Assembly: GCA_040954595.2 (NCBI GenBank)
Contig: CM082581.2
Location: forward strand, 14,189,350-14,253,349
DNA: 64,000 bases
Direction of reading: 5' to 3'
Source: Balanoglossus misakiensis
Taxonomy: Eukaryota > Animalia > Hemichordata
The translations under genes were made by a program, and so were the position numbers. Positions 36,101 to 50,145 of the stretch are shown one piece after another. The notes below the pieces were generated by a model. That model worked only from the letters and a program-made list of their open reading frames with translations, was not told the DNA's origin and searched no databases. Each line of letters opens with the position of its first letter. The first letter of the stretch is position 1.

Positions 36101-39100
36101 ACTGACGACAAAGCAAGGTTTAATAAGAAGAAATCGTTTCACGCAATTAGTTTCACTGTTATTGCCCGTAAGGTGATGAGATGAGATCTACGCTTCTTTA
36201 AAGTAATCACTAACGTTATTCGACTCCCATTGTTACGGAATATTGAGTTTTTGTTTTCGATAATGGTGAGTAAGTTGACTCGGTCACGCCACATGATTTC
36301 CAATTTTGGAATTTCTAAAAATATATTCGATAGCTATTGATTCATAATCGGTGCATAGAAAAGGGGGTTAAATGAAATGGGTATAGAGTGGACCTTAAAA
36401 TTGATCTACTTGAGAAACAGAAATGCTAGTGTGATTTGATGCTCTTGTGAGGATTTTGGAGTTCGGAAGCTGTTTCTTAATCTCATCGAGTGACATGGCG
36501 ATAGTCATTCCTCGCTTAAAGTCGATCTTTGTTCATTCTCTACACGGAATAATTACCAACGTATTGCATTGGTGTATAATACGAGATGTAGCAGTCCTGC
36601 TAAAGCACAATTTGTCGTCTCCATTTGCAATTGTCCATATGTGTCATTGTTTTCACACCATTCTCCCTTCTCTCGCGAAAGTTACTTGTAAGAACGTGCT
36701 GTCGCTCTCAGGTGAAATACAAGGCAGATTGATAGGCATAGCTACCTTGATATACAGAGTGACTATAAAAATCAGAGTGTTAAAACGTTGCAGCAATAAA
36801 AGTGGACTTGATTGCTCCGCTAAAACCCTATTACAACCTTCAATTTGATGAAAAGGTCAACCCTGGAGTCCCGCTTTCATCCTTCTGGCCAACTATAAGA
36901 GGATAGATTACACGTACTTCATTTGAAGCAGTGCAGCCATGCCGTAGGGGATATATCGTTTGCCAAGTTTTGCACCCCGAGCGAACAACTGTAAGCATTG
37001 CCTATCTCTAACCCGTCCAAGGTAGTAGAAAGATTATGCGCGCAGTGCCGCAACTGACTGTGAACGTGTCGATTAAAAGAGCTTTTCATTCAGAGAAACT
37101 TGGTGACTCGGTGTACAAGCAGAAGTGATAAGCATTTGGTCAAACCAATTCAACCGCGAAAGTACGATTATTGTCATGGCGGCCACCTGAACCTTTTTGC
37201 AAACCGAAGATTAACCGCACAGTCGACGTTGCTCCAAGCATACGGTGACACGTGATCATTGTGAAGCAATAAATCGCAGGCAGAACAGGCAACCAACAAT
37301 GGATCGTGTCGCGAAAGTTATGTTTTACTCTCAGAGTTTGTTTCGCTTCCTTCTGGTCATCGTTTCAATTATTCAGCCTGCAGATCAAACCGACGCAAAT
37401 GATGTAAGCTTTTGCGGAATTTGTGATTTGTATTTGTATGTGCATCAGAGGCTGTTCGGAGTACTTTCCCAAAGGCGCTATTCTAATCGACCAGTTTTGG
37501 GGTGAATGAAATAATATTGAAATAAATTGAATTTAACGTATCTGGAAACCCATGGGGGTTATTTCCACGAAATTTACTATGATCAAATGTTTTTTTTGAA
37601 TCTATTCTTGCGATTTGTGAAATTGACTCACAAAGTGCGAAAATTGACACAAAAAAGCTTCAAGGCTGTAAATTAATATCGCTATAAGATTATGTCTTGC
37701 CTATTAAACAGGATTCTGGCCCGGTTGTGAAGTTCCAACGTATATGCAAAGCAATTATCGAATGAGTATAATCTTGCCCCATGTAACTTCTTCGACAACC
37801 TCGTTCGCCGTTTGTAAATTGGGACATATTCAACAACCTCGTTCGGCGCATGTAATTTGAGATAATGCCACTATCTTCCCGTCTATTAAATAAGCACTTA
37901 CGCATAACTACAGTAACCTTGTGGAAAGTTTGAAGACATGGGGTTATTGGGGTTATTGCCTATAGACAATCATCTTTGATGGAGCTTAAAAGGAATGCCG
38001 CTGATTCACACAAGATTTATCCATTAATACCCGGTACCCATAACACACGAAACATTTCCCCAGGTTCTCCCCACAGAAAAAAAACGGATGGCTTGGAGTC
38101 ATGCATATGCAAAATGATACAGGAGTACATATTTGTTTAAGTCTCCATCAATCCTGCCAGATCCGAACTCTGACTTGAAATGCGAGCGAAATGATCAAAA
38201 TTAATAGGTTTATAGTCACAGGCATAATTGAACGCAGTCTATATGTGTTCCATAAATTGTTTGTGATGGGGCGACCCTCCGGGCAACGAATTATGAAGCA
38301 CTGTTTTGAGAAATACTACCTCACGTAGCTATCACAAATGAATCATCTCAGAAATTATTATTGTTGCCTTATTACAGATAATTTATTAGCCATTTACGTC
38401 TGCGCAATTCACAGCTAGCAATTTATTACTCTGTTAAATGTTTTGCCTGAACTTCTGTGCAAATGCAGTATGGTGTTTTATATATCTTTTAACCTAGTAT
38501 ATAGTTAAGGTTTCAAATCAAAACGACTGTAAATTTCGTCACTGAATATTTTTGTTCAACTTGACTGATATATTGAGTATAACATACATGCATGTGCGTG
38601 TGTCAAAAACACGAATCTATTCAATAATACTTATGCACCCGTCTCTCAAATATTACTGTCACGCAAAGGGACGGCAAAATTGCTATAAGTGTAGTCTTTT
38701 ATAGTTGAAAATTACCACAGCGTGCACAATAAGCATTCATTTTCGCTCACGAAATTCAATCACGTTCCCACTTGTTGGGGGTAAATATGGTTACTCTTTT
38801 GTTTGGGTAACGCCACCATGACAACAGGTGCCTGTGTTGAAATGCAAGTGCAAATTAACACAATGCTGTCCCCGGATAACTTATTTATTCCAGCTCACAT
38901 TTCTGACAAACGTAGACCAGAATATAGCCAGTATATATCACCGTTCGTAAAATCTATTATTGTATAATTATAGGTCACCAACATTCGGTTAAACTCAGTC
39001 TGTACCATACATCGTCTCGGAAATACAAGAAGCTATATAATTTTGCTCTCGACACAACAAAACGTTGTAAAACGGAAATTGAACTGAGTCAATTGCCGTG

Positions 39101-41558
39101 TGTCGATATCCCAACGAGAATATTGTATTCGGATAAATCGGCCGCCCCACTACATGTGGCCAGCACGAAGCCCGCCGTTCAGTTTCACCGTAACATCAGT
39201 GTCTGGAAGGCCACAGACTTAATATCAGGATATGGGCAACTCTAGATATGTTGTAAAGTAGATGAGATAACAGCTAATTTGCAAGTTGCAATTTACAGAG
39301 TCGCTTGCGTGCTCTACAGTGAACCATTTTCATCATCAAACTCGTCACAATACTTGGTGATTCCGGGAACGATATGATTGTCAGAGTCGGCGGATTTGGT
39401 TACAAACAAATGATTCTGGTTGCCGCCGCTTGCAGCGTGAGAAAATATTGAACTTTCCGACCATCGGCTATTAAATCGAATATTGCACTGAATACACTCA
39501 ATAACATAACGCCGACCATCAGATATTATTTCAAAACCTACTTAAAACATCCATTACTGTGTTGTCTTTCCCTCTGTCACCTATCCTCGGTGTGTGCGTC
39601 TGCACAGCTCGTTCCAGAAAAACAAATTTATGTTTCTTATGAGAAATTGCCCATTTTCATTCTGCATGTCAAAATATGGTGAACTTTTGGACTCGGTCAC
39701 GTCACCCCTTGCATAGAGGCATAGTTCGGTAAACATATTTTCTGCACAAAATTTCAACTTAGCGTCATTCACGGTTTCACCGCGACAATCTACTAACGCA
39801 ACGCAGGACACAAATAGTGATAAGGGCTTTGTGCTGAGATCTGGAGATGAACACTGGCGTTTTAGTGAGCAGAACAACGCAATCAAGAAAGAAAAATGTG
39901 GGTTTACTAAAATCAATATAGCTTTGGTGTCTGAGTTAAAATTGTGATAAGAACTTCTCTATCTCTCCGTTCCAGATTCATTTCCACACAAAAGAAACTG
40001 TTGTGTGATAAACCTTCGAAATTCATCTGCACACTTCGGGTACAATATTTTAAAAAATAATGCAAAATATTGATCTAATCCCAGGCCAAATGAAAAAATG
40101 ATCCGAGTTCAATACCTGATGCTGTTGGCTTTACTGTTCTGGCATTTCTGCCGACAGCTGACGATAATTTTTATCTCTATTGTGAGCTGATCGTTTTGTT
40201 AGCAAGACAAACATTCTGATGCCAATTGACATAATAGAGTTACGACCAGATGTTGCAGAAACGAATAGTTTTAGGCCTTATGGGATTTATGTCTGAAATA
40301 TGACCGCATATCACATATCCACACAGTTTCTATCGTTTGTGGTAAGTGCAAATGACAAGAAAAACAGGATTATCAGCCTGCGGTGACTTCGCTGTTGACA
40401 AGCTACGCACGTTGGTGGACGAGAAATTAACATAATATAATCGCTGCAAAGTGATGTAAAATACACAATGACTACCATCCTGCTCGCACTAGTATATAGT
40501 GTTGACAGTCCTTTGTGGTGACGTCATAAAAATTCAAATACATGTAAGCAAAATAGCCAGGATACCAATTAGGGTAACATTTTTTGCTCTTTCCCCAAAG
40601 CACTGCAAGTTTAGCAAGTGGGATATAGTAAATATATATTTGGACATGTTCGTGAAACGTGGGACTTGGAATTTTCCAGACATCTGGTAAGTTCGCTGTA
40701 CTGAATCTGTGAAGTAATAAATTCAGCCTGAGTGAAGGCGCCATTTTATTCATGGCGCGGATCATGTGGATAAGCTTATAGTACTCGTAAAAAAGGAACG
40801 CACGGCAGACACCATTCGCATTCGAAAGAAATAATGAAAATCCTTTCATTTTTAGTGATCGCGCCAATCCTTAATATCATATCTAGTCGCCGCAAAAGTG
40901 TCATAATTAGAAACCAGCCGTGGTGATTGATGTCGTTGCTTTCTTAAAATTTGAGCGAATTCTTAAATTTATTCGCACGCGTGACTCCGCATATTTGGCG
41001 GGAAATTAGAGAAGTAGCCATCAGGTAGCATAAAGTACTGTGAACGGAGTACTTAGTATTCGTTTTTGTGCATGACAAAAATCAGATGACTCGATTAATG
41101 CGCAAGTGTTATCTGCCAGGGTATTTATTCAAATTTCTGATAATATCTGTAATGTTTCCAGGGCTTTCCAGATTGTTGGCAATTGCAGTGTGTTTTTCAA
41201 CTTTGATTGACGAGAGACAAAATCTAGATGTGCGGAATTTTTTTTCGATAATCTTGGGAATGATGCAAGTGTAGTGAGAAGGCAGAACACTGTTGGTTTG
41301 GGTATCAGGGAAACATGAGATCGGGCTGAACCTGATTGTGTCTAGCATCGTAGTTAATTCAATTGGTGCTCTACCGCAGATAGGAAGCAAGATAAGACAA
41401 ATGTGACGTTTCGAATTTTAGAGTGGATCTCGGGAACAAAAAGAGACGGGGGGATTAGAGCAAATTATCTGTGATTACCAGACTAAGGAACGTGCTGACG
41501 CTGTGAAGCGGAACCGCGGTGTGTCTTTGGGGAGAGGCATAAAGTCTCTCTGTCACTA

Positions 41559-41974
41559 GGTGATTCGCACATAATCTACGATTGACAAATCAGGGTCTTT
41601 ATACTGTTAAAATATACTTTGGAGTCGTTTTTCTTTAGGATGAAAGATGACTGCGTGGAACTTACGAGGGAAATAAAAACTGCCAGCATGGGATAAGCTA
41701 TGATTATAGCTTCAAAGCGCTTGAAGTCATTAGATCAACCACGTGTCTCGCTGAAATCGCCTATAGGGGTAATTCGCACATAATCCACGATTGACAAATC
41801 CAGCTCTTTACACCGTTAAAATATACTTTGGAATCGTTTTTCTTTGGGATGAAAAATGAATCTGTGGAACGTAAGAGCGAAATAAAGCCTGCCAGCATGG
41901 GATAAGCGATGATTATAGCTTCAAAGCGCTTGAAGTCATTAGATCAACCATGTGTCTTGCTGAAATCACCTATA
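41559..41974. repeat. Two-copy 209-bp tandem duplication
   Basis: GGT(G/A)ATTCGCACATAATC(T/C)ACGATTGACAAATC... at 41559 and 41768, both ending GCTGAAATC(G/A)CCTATA; moderately diverged. Confidence 0.92.
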
Positions 41975-44900
41975 ACATTGCCCTGGATTTAAAAACAGCC
42001 TTGTGTACCATTGCAAATTTTGGTTTAGATACACTAGGGAAACTGTCTTTACTGAGCATGAATTAAATCTTTGGCCGATTAGCAATAATATGTTACTTGT
42101 AATGATGCAGAGACAGCGTGATGAAGCATTGGTTCTTGTTCTTGCAAGTAAGCTTATAACACTACAGTAATACGGGTTTAACATGAGCACATGTCAATCA
42201 ACCCGTATTCTTACATATACATATATATGTAAGGACGCTTTCAATTATTATTAGTGGTGGGCTGGAGGATATGGATGGGGGATTTATGGGGATTCGTTAA
42301 CGTTAACATATGATAGCATTTTGCAAAAATATATTTAATATTTACATTTTTTGAGCGATCGATCTACTCGAATGAGTATTAATCTCCGGGATCACATACC
42401 TCATCCATGAAAAGCAAACAGGTACTGTGGCATATAAACAATCGGTAAATTCAATTACAATGAAATATAATGAAATATTATTCTTATTTGGGATATACTT
42501 CTAGGGTACTTGGCAAGAGATGGGATCTCGTAGGAGAGATGTTTATGCGTACTCCAGATAGACTACAGCATTATAGAGAGATTGCTCTCTTTAGTACTGA
42601 AGGTCGCCCTCATCCATTGCAAATAAGAAATTAATTAATCTGAGGTCTGGGACAACTTCAGCATACATTGCATATGCTATAATCTGGTATTTGAAACATG
42701 TTTGTCTAATAATTGCTTCATTTTTACTGAAATATATTTTCCTGTTGCAATATGTAATCAGTTGATGCACAGAAGTTTAGGAATTTGTGGCAAACTATTG
42801 GTGCTTTTGTGTGTAATACAATTTCTCCTTTTTTGTATGTATGAGGTCTCATTATCATTCCAAATCAGACAATATAAATTGACGATTGAGGTTACAAACA
42901 CTCCAAACAACGAACTTTGGATCTCGTCTGCATCATGTGTTGACGTGCGCCACACATCTCATGATAGTCCCTTCATGATAACACTTTCCCAGATTAACAT
43001 TACTAAGTCTTTGAATTGCACTTATGGAATACATGTACATCAATATGCAGCATCACTATAGCTGGCGTAAATATACTTTTTCACAAGGATTATTTCTAGA
43101 AATGTTTGTTGGATTATGTCGGGTGAGAGAGGCAACAAAATACCTTTTTTATCTATTCCAAGCATTGAGGCGAGTTGGAAAATTGGCCTAAACATCTGCC
43201 GACAAACGGAGGTAAAGATACGACTAATTCAAAATCTGAAAATATTCAAAACACCTTTATCACATCCTAAATCCCAGATAACAGCGCGGGAATGGTCGAA
43301 ATACGCGAAAGAATTGGACACAGAATCCTCACAGGGATGTTCGTATGAATATTAAAATTCTTAAAGGTTTTGATGTTTACTCTCTAGACAAGAAATATAA
43401 AATCTGCTCCATATATATCTTTGCATTGTCTCTTAGCCACGGATCAGGCATGTCTTTGAGCAGACATGATTCTGTTGAACATTGCACTAAAATTCCCATC
43501 GTGTTCAACGGTAAATGCTAAGGCGTAAGCAATTACGTGAGCAAAATTGTTAATCTGGGAAGAGAAAGACTGAGATAGAAGACCTGAATAGCGTGATGGA
43601 AACTTCTGCAGTAATATCACAGATATAATAACGGATCAGCCTGGAGGGCAGGCAGTGCTGGACATTTCCTTCTTATGCTTTCTGCTGTGGTATTTCAAGA
43701 GAAGGCGCTACCTTTGTAAATCTTAATTAAATTTCCGCGCTTTAATAAAAAGCAATAAACCACTTTAATTCAATCGTTTATACTCTGGATGACTTGAATA
43801 CTAGAGCATATTTCGTCTTCTGGCTGTGTTCATCCATACATCTCGCACAGTTTAAGTTTTAGTTTATCTACAAATGCCTATGTCACTACTGTTTTAGTCG
43901 TTATTTCATTTAGTCGTTATTTAACATCTGCTACGTATCTGAAACTATCATTAAAATTCATGTCAAGGGGATTTGAAGCTAGGACTTAAACTGGTTTGCT
44001 TCAAATAGTTGACTTCAAGTTTCAGATGGAAACGATTTAAAAAGTACCGTAGTTACGATCTGTGACTCTGATAGTCAGGATATCAAAGACATCCAAAACA
44101 GATGGAACAAGTGTATTGACTATAGTACAAATGGGGTAGGTATGTGTAATGCAGAAATGTCTGTTCAACAGTTTAGAGAAAACATACAACTGACATAGTG
44201 ACATTGCCTCGTGTGTATCTCTCTCATTCACAAAGTCGCTTGACATGGAGTATATGTGCGCACTAAAATGATTGGATTTTAAAAAACTAATACCAAGTTT
44301 ATTGATCGGCAGCAAGTAGTGATTGGCAATCCAGCCTTGCTGTGCCCACACATTAGGAACACCTCCCGGTGGCCTTTTATTAGCCATAGCAGGGGCAATG
44401 AAAAATTTTGAGTGCGATTTTTACAGCGTTTCTCTGCAGAATTCCATTTCGAATCAAGTTCTCTACTTATAACCGCCTGCGTGGTTATTTCTCTTGGCTT
44501 TTCAGAGCTTCAAATTACATTCACAATGGGGGTTAAATAAGAGTCTGCAGTCTCCAAGTGTCGGGGGATTCCTTCTCTATTAGGTTCCATTATGTTGGCT
44601 GATTTCTCTTTCAGACACGTGCAAAATGTCTGCTGTTTGATGAAGCTCCGTGGAACTTGTCCGCTCTCGGTTAATTCTCATATTCACAGAAGAAAGAACT
44701 CATTTGTGCCCCCGAACAATCGAGTGAATTCGCGGCTTTATGTCGCTCCACAAACTCCCTCTGACCGCGCGATGCTTTTCGCGCCAGTCACGGAGCAGAA
44801 TAATGATTCAAACTGGTTCAATGCCGCAATTTTCTCCTCTGGGTTAAACATGCAAGTATAGTACATGTTTTGGACAGGAGAATGGAGAATGCCGCGATCG

Positions 44901-46300
44901 CAGAGACTTTGGCCTTCATTACAAAAATACACGGTTAACTGTAATTCCTTTCTGCAAAATTAGAATAATTGAGATTGCACGAGAAATGGGCTGTCGGTGA
45001 ACTTTGTTCGAACGAAACAGATCTTCATCCAAGCATCATGGACTTTTTGGAGAACAGGAAACTCTGAACAAGCATTTTCCTCAGAAATTCAAATAAACCC
45101 TTCCATGATTGATGTCGTGACTCGCAAACGGCACACTTAGAAGACAAACACTCGACTCGCCGAATCAGGTTGACTTCCTGTTTGTCACTTTTTAAAGAAC
45201 AATCCGTGACGTCACGCATCTCCACTGCCGAGATATCATTGAGTTACAAATGTATCATCGTCTTGCTATTCACCGAGAGAGCCTCTCCCATATAATCATC
45301 TCCATGTGTTTCAGTTTGTCTCTTGGTTCCTGTTACCATGGTGATTATAGCGTGAGCAAGAAGTGACGTCACAGAGGAGCAAACACTCGTATCCAGAATC
45401 GCGTGATAATTGACCATGAAAAGCAAACGTCGTGATTTTTAATTCGCATTATCACTCCCTCATTTTTTCCCTTTCACAATGGTCGATGAACCTACTTCCA
45501 TGTTCGAACAGAGCTCAGCTGTGTAGTCAAGATCAATTTACATATACCATTGCAGTTGCTCTCAGATGTTGCCTTTGACGTCAACCTTTTGACTCGGTGA
45601 CGTCACACAGTCATCCTAAAACGTAGCATCAGTTAAGATGAAGTTTTGCATCCACATTTCAGTAGGTTATACCCAACGGAATCAAACATACAGGGACGTA
45701 TGGAGAAGTCTTTTAGACAGTACTGCAATGACCTTACGCTTGATTGGAAGGTGGCTTCCGCTCATCTTTTATGTGTACCTGAATGAGGGAAATACAATTC
45801 CTCTTTCCACGGTTCAAATGCCATGATGTCATCTGACAAAAAGCCGAGTCACTTTTTGAAATCTTGGAACATTTGCGATTGAAATTTAAACCTGGTATTA
45901 AAGAAGATCTAGGCGGCAGGTGTGATAACACCAACTGAAAGACTGCAAGTATTAATTCACGGTCCTGATGATATAAGTTTTGCAAACCTTTTTGATGTTT
46001 TCCTCGATCGTTCACAAAAGCAAAGACGACATCGCCTAACGAATTGATGCACATAATGACGTCATTCGTCTATACCCGAGATGTGGCATGACATATCGTT
46101 AGAGAAAGTTTTGTAGGGCAACCGGGCAGGGTTGTAATATTTTTAAAATCTGCACAGCTGTGAGGGCGCTTTTACCCAAGGTTACGCATGAGGGCATGTG
46201 TACATGGTCTTTTTCGGCCATGATACAACTGAGCTTATCTGTCCATTTGAATGTGAATGGTTGGTGTATGCATGCAACAAATATTAAGTACTGAAATGAA

Positions 46301-46513
46301 TACTGTAAAAGACTTTATTTTCGTGAGTCGAAATTTTTGCGATATCGAGAGAGGCCACTGTTTCGCGAGTATTAATTTTCGCTTTCTCTTATTTCATTCA
46401 CTGCATCGTTATCTTCAAAGAAAAATTTACGTGACTTTTTATTTTCACGTCTTTTTGGCTCTCGCGTATTTCGCGAAAATTTATTGCTTGTGAAAATAAA
46501 ATGTTTTACAGTA
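46301..46513. mobile_element. MITE with TA-CTGTAAAA...TTTTACAG-TA ends
   Basis: Terminal inverted repeats TACTGTAAAAGACTTTATTTTC / GAAAATAAAATGTTTTACAGTA; internal (T)TTCGCG/TTCACG subrepeats; non-coding. Confidence 0.8.
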
Positions 46514-47772
46514 TTCTTAATTGATAATGCTTTCCAGAAGTCACCTTGAAAGAGTGACATGTAAAATACGTCTACAGGGATAATTAAACTATAATTATGG
46601 ACAGAATGACAAAAGACAATTGGTACTTACAGACTTAATATTTCTTCGATTTACCGACAGACAACACGACGTCCTTGATTTCTACCTTATTCTTCTTCGT
46701 GATTACCTATAGCACAAGAAATGATGAAAAATAACAGGAACGTTAACTAAGAACGTTAACTAACTAATTTTTAAGAATGCGTACGTTTTTTGCTAGGGGT
46801 TACATGTACTTTCATTTTACAGTTCGTTGTGTGCATGAATTCATGGGTTACACTCACGTGAGAGCCATGTAAGAGGTTGTTTATGAACGTGAGAGCCATT
46901 TCATAGATTCGTGACCTTGGATTTGAGACATTATTTTGTGATCTCATTTTCTCACACCAACTTTCGCTCTGTACTTTCAAAGTGATCGAATTACAAATTA
47001 ATCAGCCTGGGCGAGAATGAGAATTCAATTTGACTATAACAAAATCACCCCGAGTCGTAACAAGGGTACTTCAGCGACAAATTCAAATTAAACGTGCCAT
47101 TCCGTGTCTGTTTGCATTTACGACAAGTTTTAGTGCTTAGTATCCATGGAAACGCTGGCCGCAAATTTTGGGAGATTGATTCGTGTGTTTTACTGCATGT
47201 ACGACTCTTGTCAACCCCCATCCGATCAATTAGCGGAGATTTCAAATTGTGTTTCGAGAACGTGGTTAGGATTCCCTTTAGGCGAGTCACTTTTCTTTCA
47301 ATGCTACTTTGACATTTTACTTCAGTATATGCTTCCTTTTATTTCTGAAGTCAGAATGTTTTGAGCATATTGAAATCCAAAACCACAAATGCAACCTAAA
47401 TCTTCCAATAGTAGATAACACCGCCCCCACTGTATGAAGGCAAATGAGACTTTCCAACACTATATGGATTGTTAAGACTGATGATACTTACATGTTGCTT
47501 GTCACGACAAACTGGCAAGTCAGGATATATCGAAGAATGATTCAAGTTCTCTTCCTGGACTTCAATTCAACTTTCAGCAATAACAGCTTCATTGACAAAC
47601 AGGCATCCTGATGCTCAAGCACACTTTGAGGAATAGAACAAAAACAAAAGATTACAAAGCCGAAAACAGTTACTGAAAAGAACGTCCTATATAGTATATA
47701 TATGTGGTCAAGAAATACAATTTAAATGAAAATGCAATTCATTACTGCCCTGAATTTAGTTCATGATGTTGT

Positions 47773-47852
47773 ATCATCATCATCATCATCAACACCATCA
47801 TCACCACCACCACCACCATCATCATTGTCATCATCATCAACACCACCACCAA
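47773..47852. repeat. Compound (CAT)n/(CAC)n microsatellite
   Basis: ATCATCATC...CACCACCAC runs seen directly. Confidence 0.9.
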
Positions 47853-48456
47853 CGTCCGAATTCAATGTAAACTTAAACTTTCGGTTTGACACTGCCGCTA
47901 CTGATAGATGTTTATAATGAAACAGTGAACGCTCACGCGGCCAATATGGCAGGCATATCGTTATTCGGCGGTTTTATCATTTCATCTTTGAACACGTGGA
48001 AGTGAAAAAAAATGTGTGAATAAAGAGTAGTTTGGAAACTGACGACATTGGCAGTATATCAAAATAAACCGTATAATGTACATATCAATCAATCAACAAC
48101 TTTCAATAATTGATATGACTCATTGTGACGTTCGTGACGAAACTGACATGTTGCCTCAGATTGCCGAGTTCGTCAATCCTATTTCCGAACGTTCGGGGCG
48201 TGGATAAAAAAAAACGCATCCATGAGAAGCAAACCGGGAATGAAATCGGGTAGCTCCGTAATATTATTTCTACACACCTGATCAAGACTTCTCTTTCCTG
48301 ATTAGGATAGAATGCGTGGATCTCTCTCTCCCTCTCTCGTGGTATTTAGATGAAAAGGGTTGCTAAGAGCTATAAGAGTCTGACTCCGACAGAATAATCG
48401 TAGAAGGCAAAGAGCACGCTTTATTACTATATAGACAACGTTGACAACTCAACCGC

Positions 48457-48661
48457 TATTTATAGCAGAACCGAGCGGAAAAATTCCAAAAAGTAGCAAT
48501 TCGACATCAAGCGAACGTAATAGTAAATACCAATTGCTACATTTTAGCGTGAGATTTCATCATGATTGGGCAAAGGAAAAGGAAGCGCCCGATTGGCTGA
48601 AAGTGATCTCCATCAGGATCCGCATGGCGATATAAAACTCTGTATAATTCAAATACCAGTT
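48457..48661. promoter_or_regulatory. Candidate bidirectional core promoter
   Basis: Minus-strand TATAAATA (48457-48464), two NF-Y boxes (ATTGG 48565-48569, 48592-48596), plus-strand TATAAAA (48631-48637) and an Inr-like CCAGTT 27 nt downstream. Confidence 0.4.
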
Positions 48662-49742
48662 ATTTGTTCTCCAACACTCTCTCTAAGAACATACTTGAAA
48701 CACTGCAATATTCTCTCATTTCCCTTTGCTCTGAGGGTTGAAGCAGACGGATCTAATGTCCCCAAACACACGCAGCTTCAGCCTAATAATATGTCTTAGT
48801 GCGTCTCAATAAACGCTGTATGTTTCAATGTACGTTGCTCTCGTTTTAAAACTGGTACAAAATCTTGTTCGGGACACACCCTCCGATGCGATTATAGAAA
48901 TATTACATCTGTCTCTCCTGGATTTTGTAATTAGGCCTAAGGATGTGTTTTTTTTGGTCTTGTTTTCTCCCATATTTCTCAAATTTCGTCCATCACTTGC
49001 TTAAATTATCAACGGCCCTTACTTCTTTCAGCCAGCAACCGCAAAAAGTGGGTCATAAATAATAAACGCGTTGAATTCGCGCCAATAATTAGCGGTTCAA
49101 TGGAACTGAAAGCGGTGGCAGATTCGTGGAATTTCATAATCAATAATGCATCAAATATGAAATCGCATAGTTGACATCTTTCATTGGACTATTTACGGGG
49201 CAAATGTCTTGTTGTAAAGATGCCGCAACAGGGTTATGGATATTGGCATCAATTATTGCATTCCTTTCAAATTTTCATATAATGATGATGTAATAATGAA
49301 GTCGGTGGAATTATCAGCTCAGAAATCAATTATTACATAGACACGAGTGGTAGAATCGGCATCACAAACGTTGAACACGCAACTGTGCCAATATAGCTCA
49401 AGCCAGTAGTCATTCTCCTCTTTCATACACCGATTTTATTTTTTAATGTCATGTACAAATACTGCGTGGTGTGGTTTACGAGAGTCGACAAATACGACTT
49501 CTTTTGCAATGAATAACGAATCATTTGATCGGAGAATGCAGCAGCAGGGGTATGCAAATCGAATCAGTTTTTGGAGCGACCCGGTGGGTTACTTTTATAG
49601 AAGACAGTGTGATCATCGCTGTAAACCAATAACCAGTGTGAATCAAACAAGTGCAGGTGGGATGTGGTCGAATAGCGAGGTCAGTGTAGGTCATATTCGC
49701 AAAATGCACGCCTTTTAACTCTTTTCTGCAACTGTGAGAGGG

Positions 49743-49822
49743 TAGCCTAGTCCTAGCCGTATTTTGTCCGCTTCATATTAACATAGAATGATAGAGGACA
49801 AAATACGGCTAGGACTAGGCTA
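49743..49822. mobile_element. 80-bp MITE, perfect 27-bp TIRs, 9-bp TSD (AcademH-like termini)
   Basis: TAGCCTAGTCCTAGCCGTATTTTGTCC ... GGACAAAATACGGCTAGGACTAGGCTA, flanked by GTGAGAGGG at 49734-49742 and 49823-49831. The superfamily is inferred from TAG..CTA ends plus the 9-bp TSD. Confidence 0.9.
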
Positions 49823-50145
49823 GTGAGAGGGGGGATGGGAGAGAGGGAAGGGGGCTTTCCTGTGTAACATTGTGGAGTGAAAGTAACCACGCAAGCTCGC
49901 CAGCTCAGAGCATTTTGGACTTAGGAGAAATACAAAAAGAACACAAAAAGACTATATTCCGCCCTATATTCACGGTTGGGAACTGACGCTGGAACTGATG
50001 ACGCGAAGGACACATACATAACGCCCTCAAGAAGAGCGAATATATAAACCTTTCTTTTTAATAATCACTATGAAATTCCTTGGCAGAGGGCGGGCTAGGT
50101 GGTCTCTATGTTAATATGAAGCAAGATGGAGGGCCTTTCTCCAAT

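Noticed and set aside
43330-43400. Possible LINE (CR1/L2) RT C-terminal remnant IKILKGFD
   Set aside because: Match too short, and the flanking residues do not support it.
47726-47917. Ser/Pro-rich 63-aa ORF
   Set aside because: Translation of a CAT/CAC microsatellite.
13791-49718. Many 60-130-aa ORFs in the gene-poor region
   Set aside because: Random-looking composition, often non-ATG starts, and no domain or consistent exon chain recognised.
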